NCBI RefSeq assembly: GCF_009914755.1
Contig: NC_060935.1
Strand: one strand, 5' to 3'
DNA: 64,000 bases
DNA from: the human T2T-CHM13v2.0 reference genome, Homo sapiens
In this document: positions 25,910 through 39,907 of the stretch, in pieces
How positions within the stretch are numbered: position 1 is the stretch's first letter
Layout of the letters: every line of letters begins with the position of its first letter
Made by a program: the position numbers and the translations under genes
Notes under the pieces: model-generated
Seen by the model: only the letters and a program-made list of their open reading frames with translations
Told to the model about the DNA's origin: nothing
Databases searched by the model: none

Positions 25910-27659
25910 ATAAGAATGAGAGAAAAAAATGGAGATAAAAAGTTTTAAACAAGTATTGGAAATCACAACTTAGTAAACTTTATTCCAAATTAGATAGATA
26001 TGTATAAACAGGTCAATTATCTTAGAAAGCAAGAGATTGCACATAATTTTCTCTTTTCCCAGAAAGAACAGAAAAATTCTGCCAGATGAGTCCACCGGAT
26101 AATTTATCAAGCCTTTCAAATAATAGCTAACTGGAATGATATTAAAACTGTTTGAGGACACTGAAAGATAAAGCTTCCAAATTCCTGATAAGAAGTAATT
26201 CTTATATGGTATTAATATTGAATACAATAAACAAAAAATGTACTAAAATAATTCTCATTGAAAATATGTTTAAAAAGTTATAAAATAAAATAGTAGCACA
26301 TAAAATTTAGTTCCCAGTTATTTGATAACTAGAATATACTACTTCATCTGAATCCATCAATGGGGCAATTATTTTTCATTTAGCCAAAATAGCTAATCAA
26401 GTTGGTTGGACTCTCTACCTTATAATATTCCATTATTAGAGTTTTTTATTTCCTTTACAAATTTGATCTCAGATGATTCAAAAATTATATCCTAATATAA
26501 AGAAACTGGACTAATAAAATAGCTCAATAAACTTCTTTAGTTTCCAAATACCCAGACATAGAGATGATTCATGTTATCTAAATCACCATTGGAAAAAAAA
26601 TAACAGTAGAGCAAATCATCCATCATGTAACATAAAATACATCATGAACATTTGGGATGTTCCTTCAACTCTACAAAGATTTTTAATATTGAAATATTCT
26701 AATATATATAATAAATAAATTTAAGAAAAACGTTACCTGTTAATTGCTACTCATGTTTACAGTGTTGATAGGATAGGACATTTAATACAATCCAACATTA
26801 TTAGTGACTTAAACATTATTGGTAAAATATAAATAATTATACTTTCTGTAACAAGATAGGACATCTGTCTCAGTCTACAAGTCTTTATCATGTTTAATGA
26901 TTAAAAAAAAAGTAGGACCATCTTATTAAAGTCAAAATCAAGATAAACATGTAGACTATTATGTATTACTATTTGGGGTATATTAACCAAAATAATTATA
27001 TAAGAAAAATAGTTGAAACAAATGGCTAAAACTACTGTTATTTAAGTATGAATAACATATATTGCAAACATCCAAGAATATAAACTAAAAAGTACCATAA
27101 ACTCTTTAAAAAATTCAGTAAAGCACCTTGGAAAAATGTTATATACAGAAATTAGATAAACATATTAGAAGTGTGTATGTATGTTTGTGTATTTGAAGAT
27201 AGGATTGAAAAAAGGGATTTCATTTACCACAGGAAAAAATATGTATATGGTATCTCAGAGGAAAAACTTAACAAAGAATGTGAAACATAAATAGGAATAG
27301 AACTGAAGAGGCCAAGGATAATACAAACTTACAGCTGGCTCTTGGTACTGGTACTTATACTGTAAAAGGGAGAAAAGAGAGGCACTTTGCAGGTGATGTT
27401 CGGAAAAAAAGGTTGAAAGAATAATGGAAGGTAGCAGCAAAAAAGGGTTTTACCAATTTACTGCATTTACCAATCTAGTTCAATGCCTACAAGAGTCTGA
27501 GTGATGACTCAGTGGACAAACACAGCTCCTGCAGTTCTTGGTAATCTACTGAACACGTGTGGAAGGCTAAAACCATGTAAGCTGGTTTTCAATGTGATCT
27601 TGAAAAGAAAATGGACATGAAAGCGGAAACCTAGGTAGTTACATGTATGTGATTCTGAT

Positions 27660-27870
27660 AATAGAGTGACCCTATTTGAACCCTGATCCTGTACCAAACA
27701 GTTGTGATCTTGAGCAAGTTACTTAACCTCTCTTCATCCATAAAATGAAGATAATGAGAAATCCTCCCTCAAAAGTTTGTGGTGATGATGTGAAATAAAA
27801 AGTACACATAAAAAGCACTTAGCAGAATGTCCAGATCATAGTAAGAGTTTAATAAAAAGCTATTATTGAC
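27660..27870 (+). mobile_element. MIR
   Basis: TGTGATCTTGAGCAAGTTACTTAACCTCTCT..TAAAATGAAGATAAT..AAAGCACTTAGCA motifs. Confidence 0.8.
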
Positions 27871-27961
27871 ATTGGTAATATATATATTATATATATAGGT
27901 TATATATCATATGTATATATATATATTGCAACTTTCCAGAGATGGAACAGTGTTTGCTGTC

Positions 27962-28283
27962 TGTTATGGTTAATATTGAGTGTCAACTTGATTGAATTGA
28001 AGGATGCAAAGTATTGTTCCTGGGTGTGTCTGTGAGGGTGTTGACAAAGGAGATTAACATTTGAGTTGGTGGACTAGGAAAGGGAGACCCATCCTCAGTC
28101 AATCAGCTGCCAGCATAGCCAGAATAAAAGGAGGCAGAAAAACATGGAAAGACTAGACTCATTTAGTCTTCTGGTCTTAATAAACTGCCCTTTATGTATA
28201 CATCTATCCTATTAGTTCTATCCCTCTAGAGAACCCTGACTATCCTATTAGTTCTATTCCTCTAGAGAACCCTGACTAATACA
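27962..28283 (+). mobile_element. 5' LTR MLT2A (internally deleted, with a 36-bp tandem duplication)
   Basis: TGTTATGGTTAATATTGAGTGTCAACTTGATTG..GAGAACCCTGACTAATACA. Confidence 0.9.
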
Positions 28284-28826
28284 GATTTTGGTACCAGGAG
28301 ATGATCTAGAAAAACAGAATATTAAGGATGGAGTTCTTTTTTTGGTTTTGCTCCTAAGTTCACTGGACAAAGTGATGAAAGAAAATTATGAACTCAGGGA
28401 TTCTAACTCTAAGCTTCAGAAGCAGATACTGAGCCTCAAATCTTCTAAGATTGCCCTGAGTGAGAGTCTTATCTTCTGTAGAGAAAGAGCTGAAATTGTG
28501 GACACTCAGACACAAGCTTTTATCATGCGATTTGCTGACCTGCAACAAAAGGTGCATGCATAGACTCACCAGGTGTCTACTGTTAAAGCGAGAGCATTGA
28601 TTGAAAAAGAATGGGACCCTGCAACTTGGAATGGGGATGTGCGGTAGAACCTTGATGAAGCTGGGGACACTGAGCTTGTAAACTCTCAGGAGCCTTTTTT
28701 TTGCCAGAAAAAACAGCTTCCCCATCACCAGTAGTGGCAACATCCCCTCCCTAACCCACACTGCCATCAGCCTTTTCACCTTTGTCTAAGGAGATAAACC
28801 CTGCGCTGCCTAATGCAACAGTGATG

Positions 28827-29899
28827 TGTTGTGGGAAGTCAGGGACCCCAAACGGAGGGACCGGCTGAAGCCATGGCAGAAGAATGTGGATTGTGAAGAT
28901 TTCATGGACATTTATGAGTTCCCCAAATTAATACTTTTATAATTTCTTATGCCTGCCTTTACTGCAATCTCTAAACATAAATTGTAAAGATTTCATGGAC
29001 ACTTATCACTTCCTCAATCAATACCCTTGTGATTTCCTATGCCCGTCTTTACTTTCATCTCTTAATCCTGTCAGCTGAGGAAGATGTAAGTCGCCTCAGG
29101 ACCCTGTAATAATTGCATTAACTGCACAAATTGTACAGCATGTGTGTTTAAACAATATGAAATCTGGGCACCTTGAAAAAAGAACAGGATAACAGCAATT
29201 ATTCAGGGAATAAGAGAGAGAACCTTAAATTCTGACCACCGGTGAGCCGGGCAGAACAGAGCCATATTTCTCTTCTTTCAAAAGCAAATGGGAGAAAGAT
29301 TGCTGAATTCTTTTTCTCAGCAAGGAACATCCCTGGGAAAGAGAATACGCGCCTGGGGGTATAGGCCTATAAATGGCCCCCCAGATGTGCCGGTCTCTTA
29401 TGGTCGAGGCTGTAGGGGTGAAATAGACCCCAGTCTCCCATAGCGCTCCCAGGCTTATTAGGAAGAGGAAATTCCCGCCTAATAAATTTTTGGTCAGACC
29501 AGTTGCTCTCAAAACCCTGTCTCCTGATAAGATGTTATCAATGACCATGGTGCCTCAAACTTCATTAGCAATTTTAATTTCACCCCGGTACTGTGGTCCT
29601 GTGATCTCGCCCTGCCTCCACTTGCCTTGTGATATTCTATTACCTTGTACAGTACTTGATGTCTGTGACCCACACCTATTCGCATACTCCCTCCCTTTTT
29701 GAAACTCCCTAATAAAAACTTACTGGTTTTTGCAGCTTGTGGGGTGTCACGGAACCTATCGACATGTGATGTCTTCCCTGGATGCCCAGCTTTAAAATTT
29801 CTCTCTTTTGTGTACTCTGTCCCTTTATTTCTCAAGCCAGCCAACGCTTAGGGAAAACAGAAAAGAACCTACGTGACTATCGGGGCAGGTTCCCCGATA
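28827..29899 (+). mobile_element. Solo MER11 LTR (HERV-K11/HML8) nested in HERV-L gag
   Basis: TGTTGTGGGAAGTCAGGGACCCC..GGTTCCCCGATA, 1073 bp, perfect 6-bp TSD GTGATG (28821-28826, 29900-29905). Confidence 0.93.
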
Positions 29900-31021
29900 G
29901 TGATGGCCTTCTCCTCAGGTGTTGCCAAGCAAGACAATGTTGATTCTCCTTAGGACCCACTCCCAAGGCCCCTGTTTGCTTCTAGACCTATAACTAAAGT
30001 CCCAGCAGGCCCCTAGAGGTGAGGTTCAGAATGCGATACACAAGAAAGTGTGCTACACTTGAAAAGAACTGCTTGAGTTTTCTAATTTATATAAGCAGAA
30101 ATCTGGAAAACAGGCATGGGAATGAATATTAAGGGTGTGGGATAATGGTGGAAGAACATAGAGTTGGATCAGGCTGAATTTATTGATTTGGGCCCTCTAA
30201 GCAGGGATTCTGCATTTAATGTTGCAGCTTGCAGAGTTAAAAAAGTTCTAGTTTATTTGCTTGGTTAGCTGAAATATGGATTAAAAGATGGCCCACTGTG
30301 GGTGAGCTGAAAATGCCTGATCTCCTTGGTTTAATGTAGAGGAAGGGATCCAAAGGCTTAGGCAGATTGTGATGAAGGAGTGGATTAGTCACTTTAAGCC
30401 TATTCATCCCAGCTGGGAGGGTTCAGAAGATATACCCTTGACCAGTACTTTGTGAAATAGATTTGAGAGGGCAGCACTTGCATCCTTGAAGAGCTCTGTG
30501 ATTGCCTTTCTCTGTATGTCAGATCTTACAGTAGAAACTGTAGTCACTCAACTACAAAATTTAAATGCAATAAAAATAATTGGATCTAGAGACAGCAGGG
30601 GCCAAATGGCAGCACTCAGCCATCAAAGGAAAGGTAGGCATAGCTACCATAATAGACAGAAGAGGCAAAGCAGCAATCAGAATAGTCTGACTTGTGTAGA
30701 GCTCTGGTATTGGCTAATTAATTACAGCGTTCCTAGAAGTGAAATTGACAGGAAGCTTACCGAATTCTTACTTAATTTACATAAGCAGAAAACTTCCAGG
30801 TCGAGTGGACAAAACACTAATTTGAATTATAAAAACAGAGAATCGCAGCCCCACTATCAATTTCCAGACATATGCCATTTTACAGACCCAGAACCCCTTG
30901 AATGAAAAGGAGGCCAGGTCCTCTTAAAGAAGGATCCCACTATACTACTGACAATTTATGTTGTTAATCTTTCTCCCATCCTTCCTCAAGGAGACCTCTG
31001 GCCTTTTACCAGGTAACTGGA

Positions 31022-34000
31022 TTGGGGAAAGAAAGAAAAAATGATCAGACCTTTTGGGAACTACTGGACACTGACTCTGAGCTGACATTGATTCCAGGGG
31101 ACCCAAAAAGTCATTGTGATCCTCCAGTTATAGTAGGGGCTTATGGAGGTCATGTAATTAATGGAGCTTTAGCTCAGGTTCAACTTACAGTGGCTCCAGT
31201 GGGTCCCCACACTCATCCTGCATTCATTTCCCCAGTGCCAGAATGCATAATTGACACAGACATGCTTAGCAGCTGTCAGGACCCCCACACTGGCCCCTGA
31301 CTCATAGAGTGAAGGCTACTATGGTGGAAAAGGCCAAATGGAAGCCATTAGAGCTGCCTCTACCTAGAAAAGCAGTAAATCAACAACAATATCCCATCCC
31401 TGAAGGGATTGCAGACATTAGTGCCACCATCAAGGACTTAAAAGATGCAAGGGTGATGATTCCCACCACATCCCCATTCAACTCTCCCATTTGGCCAGTG
31501 CAGAAGACAGATGGATCTTGGAGAATGACAGTGGATTATCATGAGCTTAACCAAGTAGTGACTCCAGTTGCAGTTGCTGTACCAGATGTGGTTTCATTGC
31601 TTGAGCAAATTAACCCATCTTCTGGTACCTGGTAAGCAGCCATTGATTTGGTAAATGCCTTTTTCTCCATTCCTGTCTATAAGGCCCACCAGAAGCAATT
31701 TACCTTCAGCTGGCAAGACCAGCAATGTACCTTTACTGTCCTACCTCAGGGGTATATCAACTCTCCTCTGGCTTTGTGTCATGACCTTGTTCAGGGAGAT
31801 CTTGATCACTTTTCCCTTCCACAAAATATCACACTGGTCCATTATATTGATGCCATTATACTGATGGGATCCAGTGAGCAAGAAGTAGCAAGCACACTGG
31901 ACTTATTGGTAAGACATTTGCATGCCAGAGGATGGGAAATAAATATGACTAAAATTCAGGGACCTTCTACCTCAGTAAAATTTCTAGGGGTTCAGTGGTG
32001 TGGGGCCTGTCAAGATGTTCCTTCTAAGGTGAAGGATAAGTTGCTGTATTTGCCCCCACCCCCTACAACCAAGAAAGACTCACAATGCCTAGTGGGCTTA
32101 TTTGGGTTTTGGAGGCCACACATTCGTTACCTGGGGGTGTTACTTGGCCCATTAATCAAGAGACCTGAAAGGCTTCCAGTTTTGAGTGGGGTCCAGGACA
32201 GGAGAAGGCTCTGCAACAGGTCCAAACTGCTATGCAAGTTGCTCTGTCACTTGGGCCATAGAACAGAGCAGATCTAATTGTGCTTGAGGTGTCAGCAGCA
32301 GAGAGGGATGCTGTTAGGAGCCTTTGGAAGTCCCCCATAGATGAATCACAGCAGAGGCCTCTAGGATTTTGGAGGAAGGCCCTGCCATCTTCTGCAGATA
32401 ACTACTTTCCTTTTTAGAAAGAGCTCTTGCCCTGTTACTGGACTTTGGTAGAAACTAAACGGTTGGCTATGGGTCATCAAGTCACCATGCGACCTGAACT
32501 ACCTATCATGAATTGAGTGCTTTCTGACTTGTCTAGCCATAAAGTGGGGCATGCACAGCAGCATTCCATCATCAAATGGAAGTGGCATATATGTGATCAG
32601 GCTTGAGCAACTCCTGAGGGCACAAGTAAGTTATATGAGGAAGTGGCTCAAATGCTCATGATCCCCATTCCCGCCACACTGCCTTCTCTCCCCCAGCCTG
32701 CACTGATGGTCTCATAGGGAGTTCCCCAGGATCAATTAACAGGAAGAGAAGACAAGGGCCCTGTTTACAGATGGCTCTGCACGATATGCAGGCACCACCT
32801 CAAAGTGGTCAGCTGCAGCACTACAGCCCCTTCCTAGGACATCCCTGAAGGACAGCGGTGAAGGAAAATCGTCCCAGTGGGCAGAATGTTGAGCACTGCA
32901 CCTCATTGTGCACTTTGCTTGGAAGGAGAAATGGCCAGATCTGCAATTATATACTGATTCATGGGCTATAGCCAATGGTTTGGCTGAGTAGTCAGGGACT
33001 TGGAAGAAGCATGATAGGAAAATTGGTGACAAATAAATTTTGGGAAGAGGTATGTGAATGGACCTCTCCGAGTGGTCAAAAACTGTGAAGATATTTGTAT
33101 TTCATGTGAGTGCTTATCAAACGGTGACCTCAGCAGAGGAGGATTTTAATAATCAAGTAAACAGGATGACTCATTCTATGGACACCAGTCAGCCTCTTTC
33201 TCCAGCCACCCCTGTCATTGCCCAATGAGTCCATGAACGAAGTGGCCATGGTGGCAGGGATGGAGGATATGCATGGGCTCAGCAACATGGACTTCCATTC
33301 ACTGACCTGGCTATGGCCACTGCTGAGCACCTAATTTGCCAGCAGCAAAGACCAGCACTGAGCCCTCAATATAGCACCATTCCTCGGAATGATCAGCCAG
33401 CTACTTGGTGGCAAGTTGATTATATTAGACCTCTTCCATCACGGAAAGGGCAGCGGTTTTTCCTCACCAGAATAGACACTTACTTTGGATATGGGTTTGC
33501 CTATCCTGCACACAATGCTTCTGGCAAGACTACAATCCAAGAACTCATGGAATGCCTTAACCACTGTCATGGTATCCCACATAGCATTGCCTCTGACCAA
33601 GGCACTCACTTGTTGGCTAAAGAAATGCGGCAGTGGGCTCATTCTCATGGAATTCACTGGTCTTACCATGTTTCCCATCATCCTGAAGCAGCTGGATTGA
33701 TAGAATGGTGGAATGTCCTTTTGAAGTCACAATTACAACATCAACCAGGTGACAATACTTTTCAGGGCTGGGGCAATGTTCTCCAGAAGGCTGTGCATGC
33801 TCTGAATCAGCGTCTAATATAAGGTACTGTTTCTGCTATAGCCAAGATTTGTGGGTCCAGAAATCAAGGGGTATAAGTGGAAGTGGCACCACTTACCATC
33901 ACCCCTAGTGACCTACCAGCAAAATTTTTGCTTCCTGTTTCCACAACACTATGTTCTGCTGGCCTAGAGGTCTTAGTTCCAGAGGAAGGAACGTTGCCAC

Positions 34001-34240
34001 CGGGAGACAACAATGATTTCATTAAGCTGGAAGTTAAGATTGCCACCTGGCCATTTTGGGCTCCTCTTACCTCTAAGTCAACCAGCTAAGAAGGGAGTTA
34101 CAGTGTTGGCTAGGGTGACTGACCTGGACTATCAAGATAAAATTAGTCTACTACTCCACAATGGAGGTAAGGAAGTATGTGTGGAATACAGGAGATCCCT
34201 TAGGGTGTCTCTTAGTATTACCATGCCCTATGATTAAGGT
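31022..34240 (+). pseudogene. HERV-L protease/RT/RNaseH/integrase/dUTPase pseudogene
   Basis: PR LLDTDSE (DTG->DTD); RT LPQGYINS and YIDA (YIDD mutated); IN WQVDY..SDQGTH..IE; dUTPase LPPGHFGLL..DYQDKISLLLHN; several stops and frameshifts. Confidence 0.92.
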
Positions 34241-34779
34241 CAATGGGAAACTACAACAACCCAATCTGGGCAGGACTACAAATGGCCCAGACTAGGCCTT
34301 CTGGAATGAAGGTTTTGGTCACTCCACCAGGAAAAAAAAAAACACAACCTGCTGAGGTGCTTCCTGAAGGCAAAGGGAATACAGAATCGGTGGTAGAATA
34401 AGGCTGTCATCAATACCAGCTACAACCATGTGATCAGTTGCAGAAATGAAGACCGTAATTGTCATGAGTATTTCCTCCTTCTTTTGTTAAGAACATGTTT
34501 GTGCATGTATACATTTGTACTAAGAAAATATCTTCATTTTATTTTCTTTCTTTTTTCTTTACCATGTGACATAAGACTTATTAACTTCATATTAGCATTT
34601 AAGTGTTGTTAACTTTAGGTAATAGCATTTGTATAGGGGATTGGTGCATTTTGGGTTGTACAAAAAATAGCTGCATTATGTTAGGCATAATTTTGGCCTT
34701 TTGTCTTTATTTTCTTTATTTGAAAATCATGTATGACTTCAGGAGATGTGTGTGGGTTCAGGTTGACAAGGGGTGGACT

Positions 34780-35234
34780 CTTGATGGTTAATATTGAATG
34801 TTAACTTGATTGGATTGAAGGATGCAAAATATCATTCCTGGATGTGACTATGAAGGGGTTGCCAAGGGAGATTAACATTTGAGTCAGTGGACTGGGAAAG
34901 GCAGACCCACCCTCAATCTGGGAGAGCACAATCTACTCAGCTGCCAGTGTGGCCAGAATAAAAGTAGGCAGAAGAACATAGAAACACTAGACTGGTTTAG
35001 TCTCTGGCCTACATCTTTCTCTCGTGCTGCATGTTTCCTACCCTCAAACATCAGATTTCAAGTTCTTCAGCTTTGGGACTCAAACTGGCTTCATTGCCCC
35101 TCAGCTTACAGATGGCCTATTGTGGGACCTCTCCTTGTGATTGTGTGACTCAATACTCCCTAATAAACTTCCTTTTATATATATACACATCTATCCTATT
35201 AGTTATGTCCCTCTAGAGAACCCTGACTAATACA
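34780..35234 (+). mobile_element. 3' LTR MLT2A
   Basis: TGATGGTTAATATTGAATGTTAACTTGATTGG..GAGAACCCTGACTAATACA. Confidence 0.92.
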
Positions 35235-36197
35235 CTCTCCTTCAAATCTTTCACTTCCGCTGTACACGAGTGAAGGGGAGCAAAAATTAAGCTCTATTAT
35301 AAAACTCTAAACTGTCTCATTCTCAGTTTTGGAAATAAATGGAAACCCTATAATGCTAGAATAGATTCCTTGATTCTAACATAAACCCGCCTCATAAATT
35401 TTATTTTTCTTTTGTCAATAGGTAAGACTTGGTATTTTATTCTCAATTTTACTTTCAATTTGCATCAAAACTCTCTTGTGTTTTCTCTTGGGAAAAGGTT
35501 TTTAAACTTAAATTCCAATTCTAATTTTAATTTAATATTAATCATAGTCACTGTTATTAAACTTATGAAACAAAATGTATCAAATAACAATTTAATTTTC
35601 TAAGGTAACAATTTCCTGAGATTTGATAGTCAGTAGACTCTATATTAGAAACTGTCTGTTTACCAGCCACATCTCTTTTTCCTTGCTAACTAAACCATCA
35701 TTTTCTTCAGTTTTTCCTGAGCTAAAAGGTAGTGTAGACTCCTCCCAGCTACAGAGGTAAATCTTAATCAGTCTAAGCCAGTAATGGCAAGTCCATTACC
35801 CTTACTGATAGTTGATTTGGGCATATGTATATAAAATATTTATCAAAAATGAGATGTGTCTACCATCTCCCCTCTGGTATAGTCTGCTAGCAGTCCTTGA
35901 TGAAATCCTTACACCACCAAATTAAACAATTCTGGAAATGATAAGCCCCTAATCTTGTTGTGAAACAATCAGTGCTTTCATTGCTTAAGTCATTCCAGTT
36001 TGGGTCTTTGGCAATGTGTTGCTGTAATATATCCTAACTGACTTATATAAAGTATTTAATCGCCTAGCTTTAAGTTTTATATTATTATTACTATTTTAAA
36101 TATGAGAAAATTGAGTTTAAAAAGGTTAGATACCATTCTCAAATTTACAGAATTACAAGATAGAATTAGAATAAAATTGCAAAGATCAGGGTATTTA

Positions 36198-36374
<177 letters not shown>

Positions 36375-38549
36375 CTAGAAATGATGAAAGCAAAAACTGA
36401 TTATCCACCACAAAAATGGTGCTTATGCCACTCCCTTTCCAATCACTAAGCTATCCTTATTCTTTTTCATTTGATATAGTCATATGACCTTGATATTCTG
36501 TTGTCACTCTTTTTTTCACATAAAGAACCATGAATATTATCTTACCAATATTATCTCTCAGCATCTCTACCACTGTCAATCATTTCACGGTTAAAAGGAG
36601 TATGCCAGAACCAGCCCAGAGGTGCTTTTCTGATACCTAGGATGCTACTTCTACCGCAACTGTTTCTCTCTTTTGTCACACACTCAGAGAAAAGTGGCCA
36701 AGGAATTAGAAAGCAATTATTGTAGCAAGGGGAAGTAACCTGAAGAAAAAGGAGTGTATACAAGGGAAGAAAAAAAGAAGAGCAAATCTGATATTTTCTT
36801 GACGTCTGGGCCTGAGGACATGAACATGAGTAAACAGCGTTCTTAAAATAGGAGCTGGAGTACAATTATCTCATGGCATTATAAATGGGTCAAAAAATTA
36901 AAACAACTTATCAAAATTTATGGGATGTAGTGAAAGCAGTGCTTAGAAAAAATTTATAACATTGAATGAATATATTAGAAAATAATGATCAAAATCAATC
37001 ACCTGAGAGTCTACCTTAAGAAACTGGAAAAAGAAAAGCAAATTAAACTCCAAGTAAGCGGAAGAAAAAAAAGTAATAGAAATTAGAGCAGAAATCATAA
37101 AATTAAAAACAGAAAATTAATAGACAAACTCAATGAAATCCAATGCTTTTTTTTAAAAAAAAGAAAAATACATAAATAAAATCAATAAGCCTTTAGCCAG
37201 TCTAAGAGAAAGAGAGAGAGGACACAGATTACTCATAAGTGAAAGGGGGAATATCACTACAGTTCCCATAGTAATTAAAAGGATAATAAAATAACTCTAC
37301 GAACAATTCTGTGCCCACAATTTGATAACCTTGAGCCAATGAATTGCTCCTTAAAGACAATTTGTCAAAATTCACACAAGAAGAAATAGGCACTCTGAAT
37401 AAGCCTATAATTATTAAATAAATAAAATAAATAATTAATTAATTTTCAAAACAGAAAGCACCAGGCCTGGAAAGGTTTGGAATTCTACCAAACACTTGAA
37501 AATGAAATTATACCAATTCTTTACAGAAAACAGAAAAAGAGGAAATACTCCCTAACTCATTCTATGGAGCTAGCACTATTATCTACCAAAAAAAAAAGTC
37601 AAAAACATTACAAGAAAAGAAAACTGCAGACCAACATCTCTGGTGAACAAAGATGCAAAAATTCCCAACAAAACATGTGCAAACTAAATCTAATAGTGTA
37701 TCAAAAGAATTATATACCATAACCATATGGGATTTATCCCAGATATGCAAGGCTGACTAGACATTCAAAAATCAATGAATGTAACTAATGACATCAACAG
37801 GCTAAAAGGAAGAAAAATCACATGATTATATCAACAGATGCAGGAAAAATATTGAGCAAAATCCAATGCCTGTTTATTATAAAAACTTTTGAAAAACTAT
37901 TAATAGAGGATAACTTGTTTAGGTTGATAAAGAATATTTATTAATAAAACTACAGCTAAATTCATACTTAATGGAGAAATTCAAAGCTTTCTCACTAAGA
38001 TCAGGAACAAGGCAGGGATAAGCCTGTCACTACTCCTTTTACCATTTACTGGAAGTCATAGCTGAAATGGTAAGACAAGAAAAGGAAATAAAGGTATACA
38101 ATTGGTAAGGAAAAAAATAAAACTGCTTTTATTCACAGATGACGTGATTGTCTGTGTAGAATATCTGAAAGAATCAACCAAAAACTCCTGGAATTAACAA
38201 ATGATTATATTAAGGTTGTAGGATACAAGCTTAATACACAAGAGTCAATTACTTTCTTATGTACTTATAGTAAATAAGTGAAATTTGAAATTAAAAATGC
38301 AATACTATTTAAATTAGCAACCCTAAAAATTAAATATTTAGGTATTGGTATTTGGTGTTTGTTAGGCATAAATCTAACAAACTATGTACAAAATCTATAA
38401 GAGAAACTTAAAAAAAATAAGTCGAATAACTAAATAAATGGAGAGATATTCCATGTCCATGGATAGGAAGACTCAACATTGTCAAGACATCAGTTCTTCC
38501 CAATTTAATCTGTAGATTTAATGCAATCTCCCTCAAAATATTAGCAAAT

Positions 38550-38856
<307 letters not shown>

Positions 38857-39873
38857 TTATTTGTGTATATTGATAAACTGACTCTAAAGTTTATAGGGAA
38901 AGGCAAAAGACTTAGAATAACAAAAACAATCTTGAAGAAGAAGGAGTTTTAGGAGTAACACTACCCATCTTTAGGACAAACTATAAAGTGATAGTAATCA
39001 GGACTGTGTGATATTGGCAAAGAAATAGACAAATAGATCAAGGGAATAGAATAGAAAGCCTAGAAATAGACACAGAAGTATAGTCAAGTGATCTTTGATA
39101 AAGAACTAAGATAATACAATTAGAAGAATAGTCTTTCCAAAAAAAAAATACTACTTAAAAAACTGGACCTCCATAGGCAAAAATTGAACTTAGACACATA
39201 CCTTGTATCCTTCACAAAAATTAACTCAAAATAAATCACAGACCCAAATGTTGAACTCAAAACTCTGAAACTCTTAACAGATGACATAGGCCAAAATCTA
39301 GATGACCTTGGTTTTGGTGATGAGTTTGTCAATACAATACCAAAGGCACAACCCATGAAATACCGAATTAATCATCTTAATTTTATTAAAATTAAAAAAT
39401 TCTGCTCTGCAGAAGACACTGTCAGAAGAAAAGATAAACCACAGACTGACAGAAGGTATTTGCAAAAAACATACCTGACAAAGGATTGTTATTCAAAATA
39501 TACAACGAAATTCAAACTCAACATTAAGAATACTAACATCCCAATTAAAAAAATGTGTCAAAAACTTTAATAAGACACCTCAAGAAAGAAGATATGGAGA
39601 TGGTAAATAAACATATAAAAAGATGCCCCACATCTTATGTCACCAGGGAAATGAAAATTAAAATGGTAATGAGATTGGACTACACACCTATTAGAATGGT
39701 AAAAAATCCAGAACATTGAGGAAATCAAATGCTAGCAATTATGTAGAACAGCAGGAACTCTCCTTCATTGTTGACTGAAATCTTCAAAATTGCAAAGTAA
39801 CAGGGAAGACAGTTTGGCAGTTTCTTACAAAACTAAACATACTCTTACAATACAATATAGTAATCATACTTAC

Positions 39874-39907
39874 CCGAATGAGTTGAAAACTTATGTCCAC
39901 ACAAAAC
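39874..39907 (-). CDS. MS4A4E: Putative 34-nt antisense-L1-derived MS4A4E exon (VLCGHKFSTHS+G)
   Basis: TGTGTGCAG| acceptor and consensus CGG|GTAAGT donor; 34+44=78 nt restores frame into exons 4-6. Confidence 0.55.

Larger units (their letters stand above)
27962..35234 (+). mobile_element. HERV-L provirus with MLT2A LTRs (gag-pro-pol-dUTPase, no env), antisense in MS4A4E intron 3
   Basis: 5' LTR 27962-28283, PBS-like TGGTACCAGGAG, PPT AAGGGGTGGA, 3' LTR 34780-35234, 5-bp TSD CTGTC/CTCTC. Confidence 0.95.

Noticed and set aside
31309-33822. RT and integrase ORFs as an active retroelement
   Set aside because: YIDD->YIDA, DTG->DTD, in-frame stops and frameshifts.
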